55,675 nucleotides of DNA from Bacteroidaceae bacterium (GCA_017651505.1 JAGCCV010000022.1:1-55675), one strand, 5' to 3'. Counted from the stretch's first letter, positions 38,430 through 48,641 are shown. Program-made: numbers and translations. The notes: a model not told the origin generated them from the letters alone.

Positions 38430-39329
38430 ATGTGGTTATTTTTAGCATTCCTATCTGCCGCCCTGCTGGGCTTTTACGACGTTTTTAAGAAACAGTCGCT
38501 CAAGGACAATGCCGTCTTGCCGGTATTGTTTCTTAACACTATTTTTTCTTCCATGTTTTTTTTGCCCTTCATCGGTGTGTCACATTGGTCGCCCCAAGTG
38601 CTGCAAGATACTATTTTTTATGTACCAGAAGCAGGATGGGAGGCTCACAGGCTGATATTGCTCAAGTCGTTTATAGTACTATCGTCGTGGATGTTGGGCT
38701 ATTTCGCTATGAAGCACTTGCCCATTACTATTGTGGGGCCCATCAATGCCACACGCCCAGTGATGATACTGGTTGGTGCCATGCTGATATTTGGTGAGCG
38801 GCTGAACCTTTATCAGTGGATTGGTGTGTCGTTGGCCGTTCTCTCTTTCTTTTTGCTGAGTCGTTCAGGACGGAAAGAGGGCATAGATTTTAAACACGAC
38901 CGCTGGATTTTTTATGTGGTACTGGCGGCTATAATGGGGGCTGTTAGTGGTCTCTACGACAAATACTTGATGAATCATCTTAATCCTATGTTGGTGCAAT
39001 CGTGGTATAACGTTTATCAGGTGTTTATAATGGGTTCCATTATTGCTTTCCTGTGGTGGCCACAACGCAAGAATATTACGCCTTTCCAGTGGAAATGGAC
39101 CATTATCTGCATCTCTTTGTTTCTTTGTGCGGCTGATTTCGTTTACTTCTATTCGCTGAGCTTGGATGGTTCTATGGTTTCTATCGTTTCGATGGTGAGA
39201 AGGAGCAGTGTGGTGGTGTCGTTCCTCTTTGGGGCGCTTGTTTTCCGTGAAAAGAACTTAAAAAGTAAAGTTATTGATTTAATTTTGGTGCTAATTGGAA
39301 TGTTCTTCTTATATTTGGGGACAAATTAA
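38430..39329 (+). CDS. EamA/DMT family transporter
   Basis: About 10 TM helices in two repeats; KHLPITIVGPI, IFGERL, FREKN; TAATTTTG at 38417-38424. Confidence 0.9.
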   Translation: MWLFLAFLSAALLGFYDVFKKQSLKDNAVLPVLFLNTIFSSMFFLPFIGVSHWSPQVLQDTIFYVPEAGWEAHRLILLKSFIVLSSWMLGYFAMKHLPITIVGPINATRPVMILVGAMLIFGERLNLYQWIGVSLAVLSFFLLSRSGRKEGIDFKHDRWIFYVVLAAIMGAVSGLYDKYLMNHLNPMLVQSWYNVYQVFIMGSIIAFLWWPQRKNITPFQWKWTIICISLFLCAADFVYFYSLSLDGSMVSIVSMVRRSSVVVSFLFGALVFREKNLKSKVIDLILVLIGMFFLYLGTN

Positions 39330-39467
39330 GAGTTCATGTCCCTTGGTTGGCATGTTGCCACTGTTGCGTGGCTCCGTTGTTTTACTTCCCAATTGCATCC
39401 GAATAGGAGGCAGTTGCCCTTATAATGAAAGAGTGGAAGGATGTAAAGATTGAGTAAAATTATTTTG

Positions 39468-40103
39468 ATGAATAGGATGTTTTTTATTATACTTGTGCTA
39501 TTGACGGCTTGTCAGATGACGTTTGCCCAGCAATTGAGGGAGAGTTTTGTGAATATGCCTGACTCGCTCAGTACCTTGCTGACCAAGGTAAACCGTGAGG
39601 ACTTTATCGACTTTCTCGACAGTAACATGAAAGCGGAGGTGAACAACCGCTTAGGGGGTAAGTCGGAGATGACGAAGCTTACTGAAGATTTCTTGGAGGT
39701 GAAGATGAGTGAGCAAAGTACCTTTCAAATGAAAGTACTGACTAAGACTGACGGTACCCAATTGCTTTGCACCATTTCAACGGTGTGTGCTTCAGCGTGT
39801 GATAGCCATATTAACTTTTATTCCACAGATTGGCAACCCTTAGAGACAAACGACTATCTTCCCTCTATGCCTGCAATAGAACAATTCCTCAAGCCTTTGC
39901 CAGAGGATGCTGCTTATACCTTGCGCGATGCTTATCGTCAAGCTGATATGCTGCTGATGAAAGCTGATTTATCGGCAGATGATACTACTTTGACATTTAC
40001 CTTCTCTACTCCAGATTATATGGATGCTGAGGCTGCTAAACTCTTGGCTCCCTATATCATCCCCACCGTTACCTTGCATTGGCGAGATGGGCGTTGGATG
40101 TAA
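39468..40103 (+). CDS. DUF3256-like exported protein
   Basis: Signal peptide; FVNMPDSL..LLTKVNREDFIDF, MKAEVNN.LGG.S, ACDS.I.FYSTDW; start uncertain (39450/39468/39477). Confidence 0.75.
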   Translation: MNRMFFIILVLLTACQMTFAQQLRESFVNMPDSLSTLLTKVNREDFIDFLDSNMKAEVNNRLGGKSEMTKLTEDFLEVKMSEQSTFQMKVLTKTDGTQLLCTISTVCASACDSHINFYSTDWQPLETNDYLPSMPAIEQFLKPLPEDAAYTLRDAYRQADMLLMKADLSADDTTLTFTFSTPDYMDAEAAKLLAPYIIPTVTLHWRDGRWM

Positions 40104-40305
40104 AAAATCACGCTTAGCATTCTTTTCCATATTCTTATTATTTTTGTCTAACTCAAGGCTTTGCTTCACTCCGACTTGCACTTTCTAAGAAGTGGCAGAA
40201 TTGCCTTTTTTTTATCTTGACACATTTTTTTCTTGTTTATGGGTGTTTTGTGGATAATGATATAGAATAATAACTATTTTTGTAAAAACATTTAATGTAA
40301 TTTAT

Positions 40306-42009
40306 ATGAAAAAGTTTTTTTTATTGGTAATGACAATGGCGGTGGCTGGACTGATGCAGGCGCAGGCTCCGCAACAGGATGCTGGTGTGAAGCTTACTGA
40401 AATGAAGGGCTTGCAGCAGAAGGCGTATGTGTATCGCTCGATGGGTATGGGTGACCTGACTCAGGAAGATGGTCACCTGAATGGTTTTACTCCTTTCTAT
40501 TTGGTGTATCCCGATAAAAAAGTGGACGAGGTGCAGGCAATGGGTCTGATAAAAGAGCTGGGTATTGATAAGCAACTGGAGCAATTCAATATCAGCTTTG
40601 GCGTAGTTAATCCGGTAGGTGATACTTATAATAACGATATTGACTTGAAAGCTTATGAGACAATGCTGGATAGCTTGCGTACTTTCGCTAACTTGAAAAT
40701 CATTGGCATAGACAATGGCGCCACTTTCGTGAATCAAGTGGTAGCTAATCATGCGGGTGAGCTGGCTGGCATTGTAAGCATCAACGGCAAGGCCGGAAAG
40801 GCTGCTGCCAATGCGGCTCCAGTGCCAGCTTTTATTGTAGGCAAGAATGCGGCTAACATAGCAAAGTCTTATATTACAATGAATAAGGCTCAGCTTATGG
40901 GCAAGGAGAAGCAGATGCAGATTTATACCAATGCTGAAGAGCCGCTGCTGCGTGTGGTGGTGAGTAACACTACCTCTCAAACTTTGGGTGAGATATTCCA
41001 AGATGCCTGGGAGACTTTGCTGAAAAAGAACTATCGTTTCAACAATTACCGGCACACCTGGTATGAAGGACAGAAACACGGCCAATATGGCACCTATGAG
41101 TTAGAGCCATTCTTGAACCTGGATGACCTGAAGGTGAAGCGCAATATCGTGGTGAACGAAGAACGTGGTGGTCAGAAGATGCTATGGTATGAATATATTC
41201 CCGAAGGTGTGATGAGTGCCGAGAAGGGAACTGTGCCACTGGTATTGCTGCTACACGGTAATAACAATGATCCTCGCACACAGGCTGATACTTCAGGCTG
41301 GATTCAGGTAGCCGCTAAGGAGAAGATATTCGTTGCAGAGTTGGAATGGCAAGGCAAACCAGGCTATGCGGCGATGGGACACGACGGCATTGAAACTACT
41401 GTGATGCAGATTTTGCAAAAGTATCCGCAGATTGACCCAACGCGCATTTATACAGAAGGCTTGTCGGCTGGTGCCATGACCTCTACTGCCCTGGGCATTA
41501 AGAAGTCGCATCTCTTTGCCGCCATCGGAGCTATGAGTGGTGGTATATTCCCTGGCAATGCACTGCTGGGCATTGGCGGCAATGCCCTCATGAACGAGGC
41601 AACACAGAAGCGTGGTTTTGTCGAGACTGCCTACGTGTGTGTGGCTGGCACCGACGATATGGTGGTGCGCTATCCAAAGAACAACGACTGGAAAAACAAT
41701 AGCATCGTATATGCTTGGCAGGTGTATGAAACCATGAACGGCATGGAGGTAGTTGACGACTACGACTTTGGCAAGAACGAGGCATTTGGTCAGGCGGTAT
41801 CAAATCCAGTCACTTTCAAGACCAACAAGGGCGATGGCATCACCATGGAGATTGGCTACTTGAACAAAGGCGATGTGCCATTGATGAAACTGGTGGCTGT
41901 AATGCACTATGGGCACTGGAACTTCCAGCCTGCAGCACAGGTGATGTGGGATCATTTCAAGCACTTCTCTCGCGACTTGCAGACCAAGAAGCTGGTATAT
42001 CATCCTTGA
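40306..42009 (+). CDS. secreted esterase (PHB depolymerase/LpqC-like alpha/beta hydrolase)
   Basis: Signal peptide; YIP..PLVLLLHG, IDPTRIYTEGLSAGAM (GxSxG), FAAIGAMSG, GTDD, MHYGHW. Confidence 0.8.
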   Translation: MKKFFLLVMTMAVAGLMQAQAPQQDAGVKLTEMKGLQQKAYVYRSMGMGDLTQEDGHLNGFTPFYLVYPDKKVDEVQAMGLIKELGIDKQLEQFNISFGVVNPVGDTYNNDIDLKAYETMLDSLRTFANLKIIGIDNGATFVNQVVANHAGELAGIVSINGKAGKAAANAAPVPAFIVGKNAANIAKSYITMNKAQLMGKEKQMQIYTNAEEPLLRVVVSNTTSQTLGEIFQDAWETLLKKNYRFNNYRHTWYEGQKHGQYGTYELEPFLNLDDLKVKRNIVVNEERGGQKMLWYEYIPEGVMSAEKGTVPLVLLLHGNNNDPRTQADTSGWIQVAAKEKIFVAELEWQGKPGYAAMGHDGIETTVMQILQKYPQIDPTRIYTEGLSAGAMTSTALGIKKSHLFAAIGAMSGGIFPGNALLGIGGNALMNEATQKRGFVETAYVCVAGTDDMVVRYPKNNDWKNNSIVYAWQVYETMNGMEVVDDYDFGKNEAFGQAVSNPVTFKTNKGDGITMEIGYLNKGDVPLMKLVAVMHYGHWNFQPAAQVMWDHFKHFSRDLQTKKLVYHP

Positions 42010-42150
42010 TAAAGCTAAAAGTAGTTTAACTTTAAGGGGGTGTTTCAAAAATCGCGTGCTCGCTACTAACAATCGCATGGTCTGAAATTACCAAATGCTG
42101 ACTTTGTCAGTTTCAGATACGTCTTCAAAGGCAGCAAAGAAACCTAAAAA

Positions 42151-42483
42151 CTCTACTACAGAAGGGCCGTCGCTTTATTACAGGAGGACGGCCCTTTTAC
42201 TATGGGAGGATTATAATTATTGCTGTTTGCTAAAACTTTTAGGACTCTATACAAATTTAGGTTGAGCCCCTCGCAAGCGAAGGCTTTATTCTTAGATATA
42301 GATGGGATTGTGTCCCATGCACGAAGTAGTGCTGGTGGCTGCCAATTAGCGATATACAAAAATCACTCATCGTTGTTGCATATTTATTCAGTGCTGCCAG
42401 GTACCATTTTACCCCTTATAAGACCCTCATTTCACTTAGTAGAAGAGAAAGGTGGGTTTAGTAGTAAGCCGCCCGTTTAGTAG
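42151..42483. repeat. two clusters of degenerate ~22-bp repeats in opposite orientation, with a 10-bp hairpin
   Basis: Units starting at 42151/42173/42195 (ctctactacag, ctttattacag, ttttactatgg); ttagtag at 42436/42458/42477; inverted repeat aagggccgtc/gacggccctt at 42162-42196. Confidence 0.45.
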
Positions 42484-42633
42484 AAGTAAGCGTCATGCTT
42501 GCTTCTGGCCTCGAATAGGACGTGTTTTCAAATAGAGTTGTATATACGTATTTCAGGCTAAGACATTCCTGTTTAGCCTTCTATTTACAGTCATTCTGCG
42601 TTAATTCTCCAAAATTGCTTCTCCTAGTCACTT

Positions 42634-42723
42634 TTTTTCGTAACTTTGGATAAGTTACTCCGTCTCGGCATAAAAAATGAATGAATTCATTTTGTTCTGC
42701 CCTCGATTTTTCGTAACTTTGCA
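42634..42723 (+). repeat. palindromic element flanked by a duplicated promoter -7 box
   Basis: 15-bp direct repeat tttttcgtaactttg at 42634-42648 and 42707-42721; aagttac (42652-58) is complementary to both gtaactt copies; central inverted repeat aaaatgaat-ga-attcatttt. Confidence 0.65.
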
Positions 42724-42749
42724 CAAAAGAGTTTTAAATTTATTTAAAT

Positions 42750-43409
42750 ATGAAAATGAAAATGTGGGTGGCACTGCCGATGGTCTGTGCCTTGATGATA
42801 GGATGTGGCTCGATGGGAGCAATGACAGGAACAAGCGGAGGTAACGGGAACTCCAGTAATACGGGCGGATTAGGAGGTATATTGGATGTTCTGGGCAATC
42901 CCAACACCATAGGCAATGTAATTTCCAGTGTGATTGGAACCAACAAACTGTCGCAAGCACAACTGATAGGTAGCTGGAAATATTATGGACCGGGCGTGGC
43001 ATTTACCTCGGAGAAAGCATTGGCTAACGCTGGTGGTGAAGTGGCTGCCGCGCAGATAAAAGAGAAGTTGCAGCCTACATATAATTCTTTGGGCTTGTCG
43101 GCATCAAACACTACCTTTACCTTTAAGGAGGACAATATTTTTTCTGCCAATATCAAGGGTATACCTCTAAGCGGTACTTACACCTATGACGAGAGCTCTG
43201 GCAAGATTACCTACAAAACCTTGTTGCTGTCTTTCAACGGCTATGCCAAGCGCAACACCAATGGTATTGCCATCCTCTTTGAAGCAAAACAGTTGCTGAA
43301 GGTGCTGCAAACCATTACGGCACTGAGTGGGAACCAAACGCTGGAGGTGATAGGCGAGGTGAGCAAACAATATGACAACCTGCGACTGGGCTTCGATGTG
43401 ACAAAGTAG
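42750..43409 (+). CDS. DUF4923-like lipoprotein
   Basis: Lipobox MIGC, Gly/Ser linker, LIGSWKY.GPGVAFTSE..LA.AGGEVAA, LLFEAK.LL, Y..LRLGF. Confidence 0.8.
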   Translation: MKMKMWVALPMVCALMIGCGSMGAMTGTSGGNGNSSNTGGLGGILDVLGNPNTIGNVISSVIGTNKLSQAQLIGSWKYYGPGVAFTSEKALANAGGEVAAAQIKEKLQPTYNSLGLSASNTTFTFKEDNIFSANIKGIPLSGTYTYDESSGKITYKTLLLSFNGYAKRNTNGIAILFEAKQLLKVLQTITALSGNQTLEVIGEVSKQYDNLRLGFDVTK

Positions 43410-43461
43410 GCTACTTACTGACGTGTTAAAGACTGACTGTTGAAGTTCAACAATAAGTGAA

Positions 43462-44022
43462 TTACGGAATGATGTAGTCAACTCCGTCTCGCTCCTCGTT
43501 TTCAGTGTTGCTATTGATGGATTCTATGTAATAACCCTTTTGTGAGGTTGAGCTGTTGATAATCCTTCGAAATGTAGGTGATTGCTTGGCTTGTTCGGTC
43601 CATAGCTCTTCGTAGTCGCGGAAATATTCATGACCAGGCACTACATTGGTATCAAACTGTAGCAAGATGGCCGTTGTGTCTTTAAAATTTCCGTAACAAT
43701 AGGCATAGTGACTTACGAAGCCATCGTTTTTGATTGTGTTGTACTCTAATGACACATAGCCGTTTCTGTGGGGGAGGATGACCAACGGTAATTCATGGCG
43801 TGGCACGATGCAGCCACAGCTGGTTTGAATCTCCTGGATAAATAACGGATTGTCGGAAGTGTTTTCCAGCTCGAACTCCACATTCATGGTCTCACCTTGT
43901 ATAATAGGGTAGTAGTGGCGCACAGGGTCTATGATAATAACGGTTGCAGGCTTTAGTTGTTTTTGGCAGGAAACCATTACAGATACCAGTACACCTACTA
44001 TAACAATCAGTTTTTTCATCAA
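43462..44022 (-). CDS. DUF1573-like (Ig-fold) lipoprotein
   Basis: Lipobox MVSC; FELENTSDNPLFIQEIQTSCGC motif. Confidence 0.75.
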   Translation of the reverse strand: MMKKLIVIVGVLVSVMVSCQKQLKPATVIIIDPVRHYYPIIQGETMNVEFELENTSDNPLFIQEIQTSCGCIVPRHELPLVILPHRNGYVSLEYNTIKNDGFVSHYAYCYGNFKDTTAILLQFDTNVVPGHEYFRDYEELWTEQAKQSPTFRRIINSSTSQKGYYIESINSNTENEERDGVDYIIP

Positions 44023-44039
44023 TCTTTTTTATTAAATTC

Positions 44040-45770
44040 TTAATTCTCAAATCCCTCAATTTCATCCAATGCCATTGTTTTCACAGCTTTGTTGCGAACC
44101 ACTGTCAAGACCATGTTCCCAGAGGCAGATGCGGGTATATTAAACTCCACTACAGAACGGTTGGGCGCATTGGGCGATGGCTTGGGTTCTGCTGTGGCTA
44201 TCTGCACACCTCCTATGCTCAGTTGCACGCTGGTGGGCAAGGCTATGCGGAAGATTGCATTGATGGTAAATGATATACGCAACTTCCTCATACCGTCAAC
44301 AGCAGGTATCGAGATGCGTAATGCTGGAGTGGCAGACGATATCAGCTGACCGCAATGGTAGTTGGAGGGTAAGCCTAACTGCCCATCTGTTAGAATGGAG
44401 ATATCGTTATAATCCTCGTCAAGCGGTGTAAGGGCTACCAACTGCTTGCCCTTGAGCAAATTCTTACTACCGTAAGCCAAATCATGGTCAATCATCTCAC
44501 GGTATTCGCGCAGGTAGTCGAAGATAGACCAATAAGACTCGCTGTAATAGTTGATTTTGTTATTTCCCAAATCTTCAAGGAATCCCATTAACTCTGTTGT
44601 TCCATCGTGAATATGCTTGTTAACGCGCTTAATTTCCAGTCTGGTCAGACTCATAGCCTGTGCCATTAGTACTTCAGCTTCGTGTTCCTCTCCTGAAGTC
44701 TGTTTCAGCAATTCCAGCATTCGTATGTGGAATGGGCTGAACTCTGCTGGCAGGAAATAAGTTTTCATGATTTTCTCTACCCCCTCGTACATAGGCAAGG
44801 GCTTGCCGTATTTGGCAGCAGTAGCTTCAATCAGGTAGATATAGCTGGCTATCTCATCGCCCGATATGGGGAATAACTCATGGCAATACTCTCTGACAAG
44901 CACTTTCCAGTCAAGAGTCGGGTTTTTCATCAGATCAGCCAGTACATAGGTCTTCAGACGGCTCATGGAACTGAAGTCTTCACCGCTACCGTTGAGGAAA
45001 AGGCCCGAGACACCACATTGGGCATAGAGCCATATGCGTCGCTGCATGACATTGAAGATGGGGTAAGGTGTGAAATAATCATCGAAATTATTGATATAGT
45101 CCCATACATATACGAGATTGACATGTTGCTTCCATGTTCTGAGTAAAGCTTCAAACTCATTCTCCTGAGGGGTGCCGACGGGTGACAGAGGATAGTCCAT
45201 TGCGCTGACTAACACGCCTGTGTTGTCGGGTAATGGGTCGTTGGGTAGCTTTTTGGTACTAAGGTAATAGGAAGAGAAGAAATAATGATGTGGGAAGCGC
45301 TCTGCTAAACGTCTGATAAGATTGAACACAGCAGGAGAAGCGTCTGTAGCTGTATTGCCAGCCTTTTTGCAAAGGTCGCATTGACAAACCATGGTGTTGT
45401 CGTTGGGCAAGATGGCAAAACGTTGGGTCTTGCTGCTCGAGAAATTGTCATCAATATATTCTTCAATGTAGTTGTACAGAAGGTCAGAAGAGAAACAGAA
45501 CTGCTCTTTTGTTCGGGTGTTACCTACGGCGGCATATATGCTCATAGAAACATTGTTCTTTGGAAGTACCTTCGAGAGGTTATGTCCCCAGATACCCCAG
45601 TCGTCGTTCACATTGTTTAGTCCCAGTTTTTTAGCCTCAGAGATGCCTTCGGGCAGATAGATCTCTTTGTACTCAAAGAACCCTGACTCGGTATCTACCT
45701 TGGCTTGGCCACATTCGCTGAAGAATGGTGCCAGTAGCATGATAGCGATTGTTTGTAAATATTTTTTCAT
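44040..45770 (-). CDS. DUF4838-like exported protein (putative glycoside-hydrolase-like barrel plus C-terminal beta-sandwich)
   Basis: Signal with Cys; WGHN, QFCFS, PNDN..VCQCDLC, RLAERFP, YVWDYINNF, LTDG..G, DEIE. Confidence 0.7.
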   Translation of the reverse strand: MKKYLQTIAIMLLAPFFSECGQAKVDTESGFFEYKEIYLPEGISEAKKLGLNNVNDDWGIWGHNLSKVLPKNNVSMSIYAAVGNTRTKEQFCFSSDLLYNYIEEYIDDNFSSSKTQRFAILPNDNTMVCQCDLCKKAGNTATDASPAVFNLIRRLAERFPHHYFFSSYYLSTKKLPNDPLPDNTGVLVSAMDYPLSPVGTPQENEFEALLRTWKQHVNLVYVWDYINNFDDYFTPYPIFNVMQRRIWLYAQCGVSGLFLNGSGEDFSSMSRLKTYVLADLMKNPTLDWKVLVREYCHELFPISGDEIASYIYLIEATAAKYGKPLPMYEGVEKIMKTYFLPAEFSPFHIRMLELLKQTSGEEHEAEVLMAQAMSLTRLEIKRVNKHIHDGTTELMGFLEDLGNNKINYYSESYWSIFDYLREYREMIDHDLAYGSKNLLKGKQLVALTPLDEDYNDISILTDGQLGLPSNYHCGQLISSATPALRISIPAVDGMRKLRISFTINAIFRIALPTSVQLSIGGVQIATAEPKPSPNAPNRSVVEFNIPASASGNMVLTVVRNKAVKTMALDEIEGFEN

Positions 45771-45781
45771 GGTTTGTTTTT

Positions 45782-48628
45782 TTAAAAAGCTACATGAAGT
45801 TGCAAGGTTAAACTATATATGTTGCGATAAGACGAAATGAGTTCGCCTACCATGTTCCTGTACGGACTGTAATAGGTGTTCCAGTTGCCTGAAATACCAA
45901 GATAAAGATGCTCAGTTAGCAGATACTGCATGTCAACACCCACCATTGCATTGGTGTGCGACAAATTGCGTAAGGCTGTCTGGTCGAAAAAGTTCAGTTC
46001 GGGAAACGAACCAATGCCAGCCGTGAGAGAGACGGACGAAATGTTGTCGTCATTAATCAGCAGTTTGCCTTTCACACCTATGTTGTAGTAGATGTTAGAG
46101 CGCATACTGGCCAAATCGACCGACACACGGGTGCTCACGCGGTCTGTCCATTGCTTGTCGATGGCAGGGGTGAGTATGAACAGGTTATATTGTCCTAGGT
46201 CAACCGAGGTTGAGTCAGCAGCACTGAGGTAGAGATAGGTCTCGGTTGTTCGGCGATAACCAAAGCGGACAGAGGGTGTCCAGCCCTTGTCTAATTCGTA
46301 ACTTAAGGTGAGATTTCCTCCAAACTTATTGAAATATTTGTTAGAGACTGCAGCATTGAGGGTGGCGGTAAGGCGTTTGCCGATGCTTCGCTCCCATTGG
46401 CCCATTACCTCTATACCGAAGCCCCCAGAACTATGCTCTTGATAATGCTGTTCTACACCTTGTTCATCTTTATACACCTTTTCAAAATGATAGCCATCAA
46501 TGCCTTTGTAGCTTACTTGTCCTGTGAAGGTGTCCTTCTTTCCTATTCGGGTGTAACTCACGCTGGCAATGGAATAGAGATGACCACGGGTTTGTAACTC
46601 ATCGACACGAGAATCAAAAGCAGCATAAGTATAGCTGGCATCAACACGGTTCTTGAGAGAGTTAAACTTTAAGAAACGCATGTGCTGTACAAACTCATGC
46701 TGTTCAGCATTGCTGGGCACATAGTTGCGATACTGTAATTCATAGGCTTTGTCATATTCCTTCTGCTGCTCGTAGATTAATCCTTTGGTGTAAAGCAATT
46801 CCTTGTTTTGATCATCATATACTAAAGCTGAGTCGATAGCTTCCATGGCAACGTCATTCATCTTAAGCTTCATCAGATCCATCGCCCATGATTGGGTGAT
46901 GCCCGAACGAGTGGATGTCAATAAGGGCATAGCGAACTCCTCGTTGACATAAGGCGGTTTCAGCAATGCCAATGCCTCAGCATAACGCTTCTGGTGTTCT
47001 AAAGATACCGCTTGCTTCGTGATGAAGTAAGGCTCTTGTGGATATGCCTCGATACCTTGTTCAGCATATGCTTGGAACAAGTCTTCTAAATGGAGGGTCT
47101 GACTCATGTTGATGCACGTACGCAAACCTACTTCGCTGGTAGGAAGAATACTGATAAAACCTTGTGCTTCTTTCAAGGCCTCGCTGTATTTCTCTTCTTC
47201 TATGAGGTATCGTAGGCGGTTACCTATCATTTCTTCATAAGCTGATGCATACCGGTTGCTGTTGGCTGGGTCAATAATGGATGCATCTTGATACAATTTT
47301 TTTGCATCTTCATATCTGTTCAAGTGTCCTAAGCAGTTGATGCGTTGTGACACAGCCGCAGGCCATGATTCGCTATCGGGACTCATTGCCTCGATGGCAC
47401 GGGCCAGGTGGATGTTGGCATCGGTATAGTCCTCATAAGACATATCACGGTTGCCTAACTCCAACATGACAGTGGAATATTCTTCAACAATTTCTTCATC
47501 TGTAGGATTTTGGCTATACATCTCTTCCAAAATCTTTATTGATTCGTTTTGATTGCCTTTGCGTTTCTCTAAGAAATACAGTTTCATGAGCCATGCGGGT
47601 GTGCGTCCATCCATCGAAATAGCTTCTTTCAGGAATTGTTGTGCATCGTCATTATAGCCTCTGGTCAGTGAGGTGTTAATAAGATAAGTAAGCGCATCAC
47701 GGTTATGTGTCTCTTCAAATAGACGTGCATGGATTTCATAAGGGTCATGTAAGCGCGATTCTGCTGCTAATTCTTCCAATAGATACTGATATAATGTGCT
47801 GTTGGGAGCCTGTTCCCTTGCAACGTCAAGGGCTTTGGTCATCAATCCTTGACTCGACATGAGACCAGTGAGTTTGTTGAGCAACTGCTCGTTGTTGGGG
47901 ATTGACCTTAATCCGCGATTGCAGGCACCTATGGCACGGTCGAACTCACCCATGCGTTCATAGACGTTGGCCAATTCTAAATAATAATCAAGGTTATATT
48001 GGTCAAGCTCCAACCATTTCTCTAAGTTGAGGGCAGCATCTTCCAAATTGCTGGTTTGTAAAACTGAATTAGAGTTCAACCTGCGGCGGTTTCTCAAATC
48101 ATTACTGATGATGGTGTCGTTTGGATAGATGCGAGACAAACGCTCTAATAACTCGTCGGCTTCGATGTTATTGCTCAGCTTTTGGTACAGGCCTATCTTC
48201 CTACGCCAGAGATCACGGTCGTAGGGCTGGAACTCCAGCAGTTCGTTGATGTAGCAGATAGCACTGGTGTAGTGTCCTGTTTCGTCCTCCACATCGAGCA
48301 TAAGACGCTTGGCACTATATAGCTCGTCGTTTGCTTGAATGGCCTTGATGAGGTTATAGCGTGCATCATTCAACCTGCCTGTCATGTAGTAATACTGGCC
48401 ATTCAAGTATCGTAGCTCGGAGTCATCCGAATGATCTGCCAAACCTTCGTCTATTTCACGTTTGGCTTCGTTCCATCCGTTAGCTTGTATATATGCCTTA
48501 GCCCGGTCGGCATAATACCTGGGCTGGTGTTCTTGTGCCATTATGCCAATGAGCAAGGAAGTTTGGACACTGAACAATAGTAATATGGTCAATGCAAGAC
48601 GTATAATATGGATTCTTTTTCTAAACAT
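45782..48628 (-). CDS. TPR-repeat outer-membrane protein with C-terminal beta-barrel (PgaA/NfrA/YaiO-like export porin)
   Basis: Signal peptide; about 600 aa of TPR-like helices (e.g. YLELANVYERMGEFDRAIGACNRGL); last ~300 aa amphipathic beta strands ending LQLHVAF. Confidence 0.8.
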   Translation of the reverse strand: MFRKRIHIIRLALTILLLFSVQTSLLIGIMAQEHQPRYYADRAKAYIQANGWNEAKREIDEGLADHSDDSELRYLNGQYYYMTGRLNDARYNLIKAIQANDELYSAKRLMLDVEDETGHYTSAICYINELLEFQPYDRDLWRRKIGLYQKLSNNIEADELLERLSRIYPNDTIISNDLRNRRRLNSNSVLQTSNLEDAALNLEKWLELDQYNLDYYLELANVYERMGEFDRAIGACNRGLRSIPNNEQLLNKLTGLMSSQGLMTKALDVAREQAPNSTLYQYLLEELAAESRLHDPYEIHARLFEETHNRDALTYLINTSLTRGYNDDAQQFLKEAISMDGRTPAWLMKLYFLEKRKGNQNESIKILEEMYSQNPTDEEIVEEYSTVMLELGNRDMSYEDYTDANIHLARAIEAMSPDSESWPAAVSQRINCLGHLNRYEDAKKLYQDASIIDPANSNRYASAYEEMIGNRLRYLIEEEKYSEALKEAQGFISILPTSEVGLRTCINMSQTLHLEDLFQAYAEQGIEAYPQEPYFITKQAVSLEHQKRYAEALALLKPPYVNEEFAMPLLTSTRSGITQSWAMDLMKLKMNDVAMEAIDSALVYDDQNKELLYTKGLIYEQQKEYDKAYELQYRNYVPSNAEQHEFVQHMRFLKFNSLKNRVDASYTYAAFDSRVDELQTRGHLYSIASVSYTRIGKKDTFTGQVSYKGIDGYHFEKVYKDEQGVEQHYQEHSSGGFGIEVMGQWERSIGKRLTATLNAAVSNKYFNKFGGNLTLSYELDKGWTPSVRFGYRRTTETYLYLSAADSTSVDLGQYNLFILTPAIDKQWTDRVSTRVSVDLASMRSNIYYNIGVKGKLLINDDNISSVSLTAGIGSFPELNFFDQTALRNLSHTNAMVGVDMQYLLTEHLYLGISGNWNTYYSPYRNMVGELISSYRNIYSLTLQLHVAF

Positions 48629-48641
48629 AAAGTTTCATTCT

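Noticed and set aside
42151-42483. Possible CRISPR array
   Set aside because: Units are degenerate, about 22 bp with no unique spacers, and there are no cas genes
43438-43452. Palindrome tgttgaa-g-ttcaaca between convergent genes
   Set aside because: AT-rich with a 1-nt centre; too weak to call a terminator
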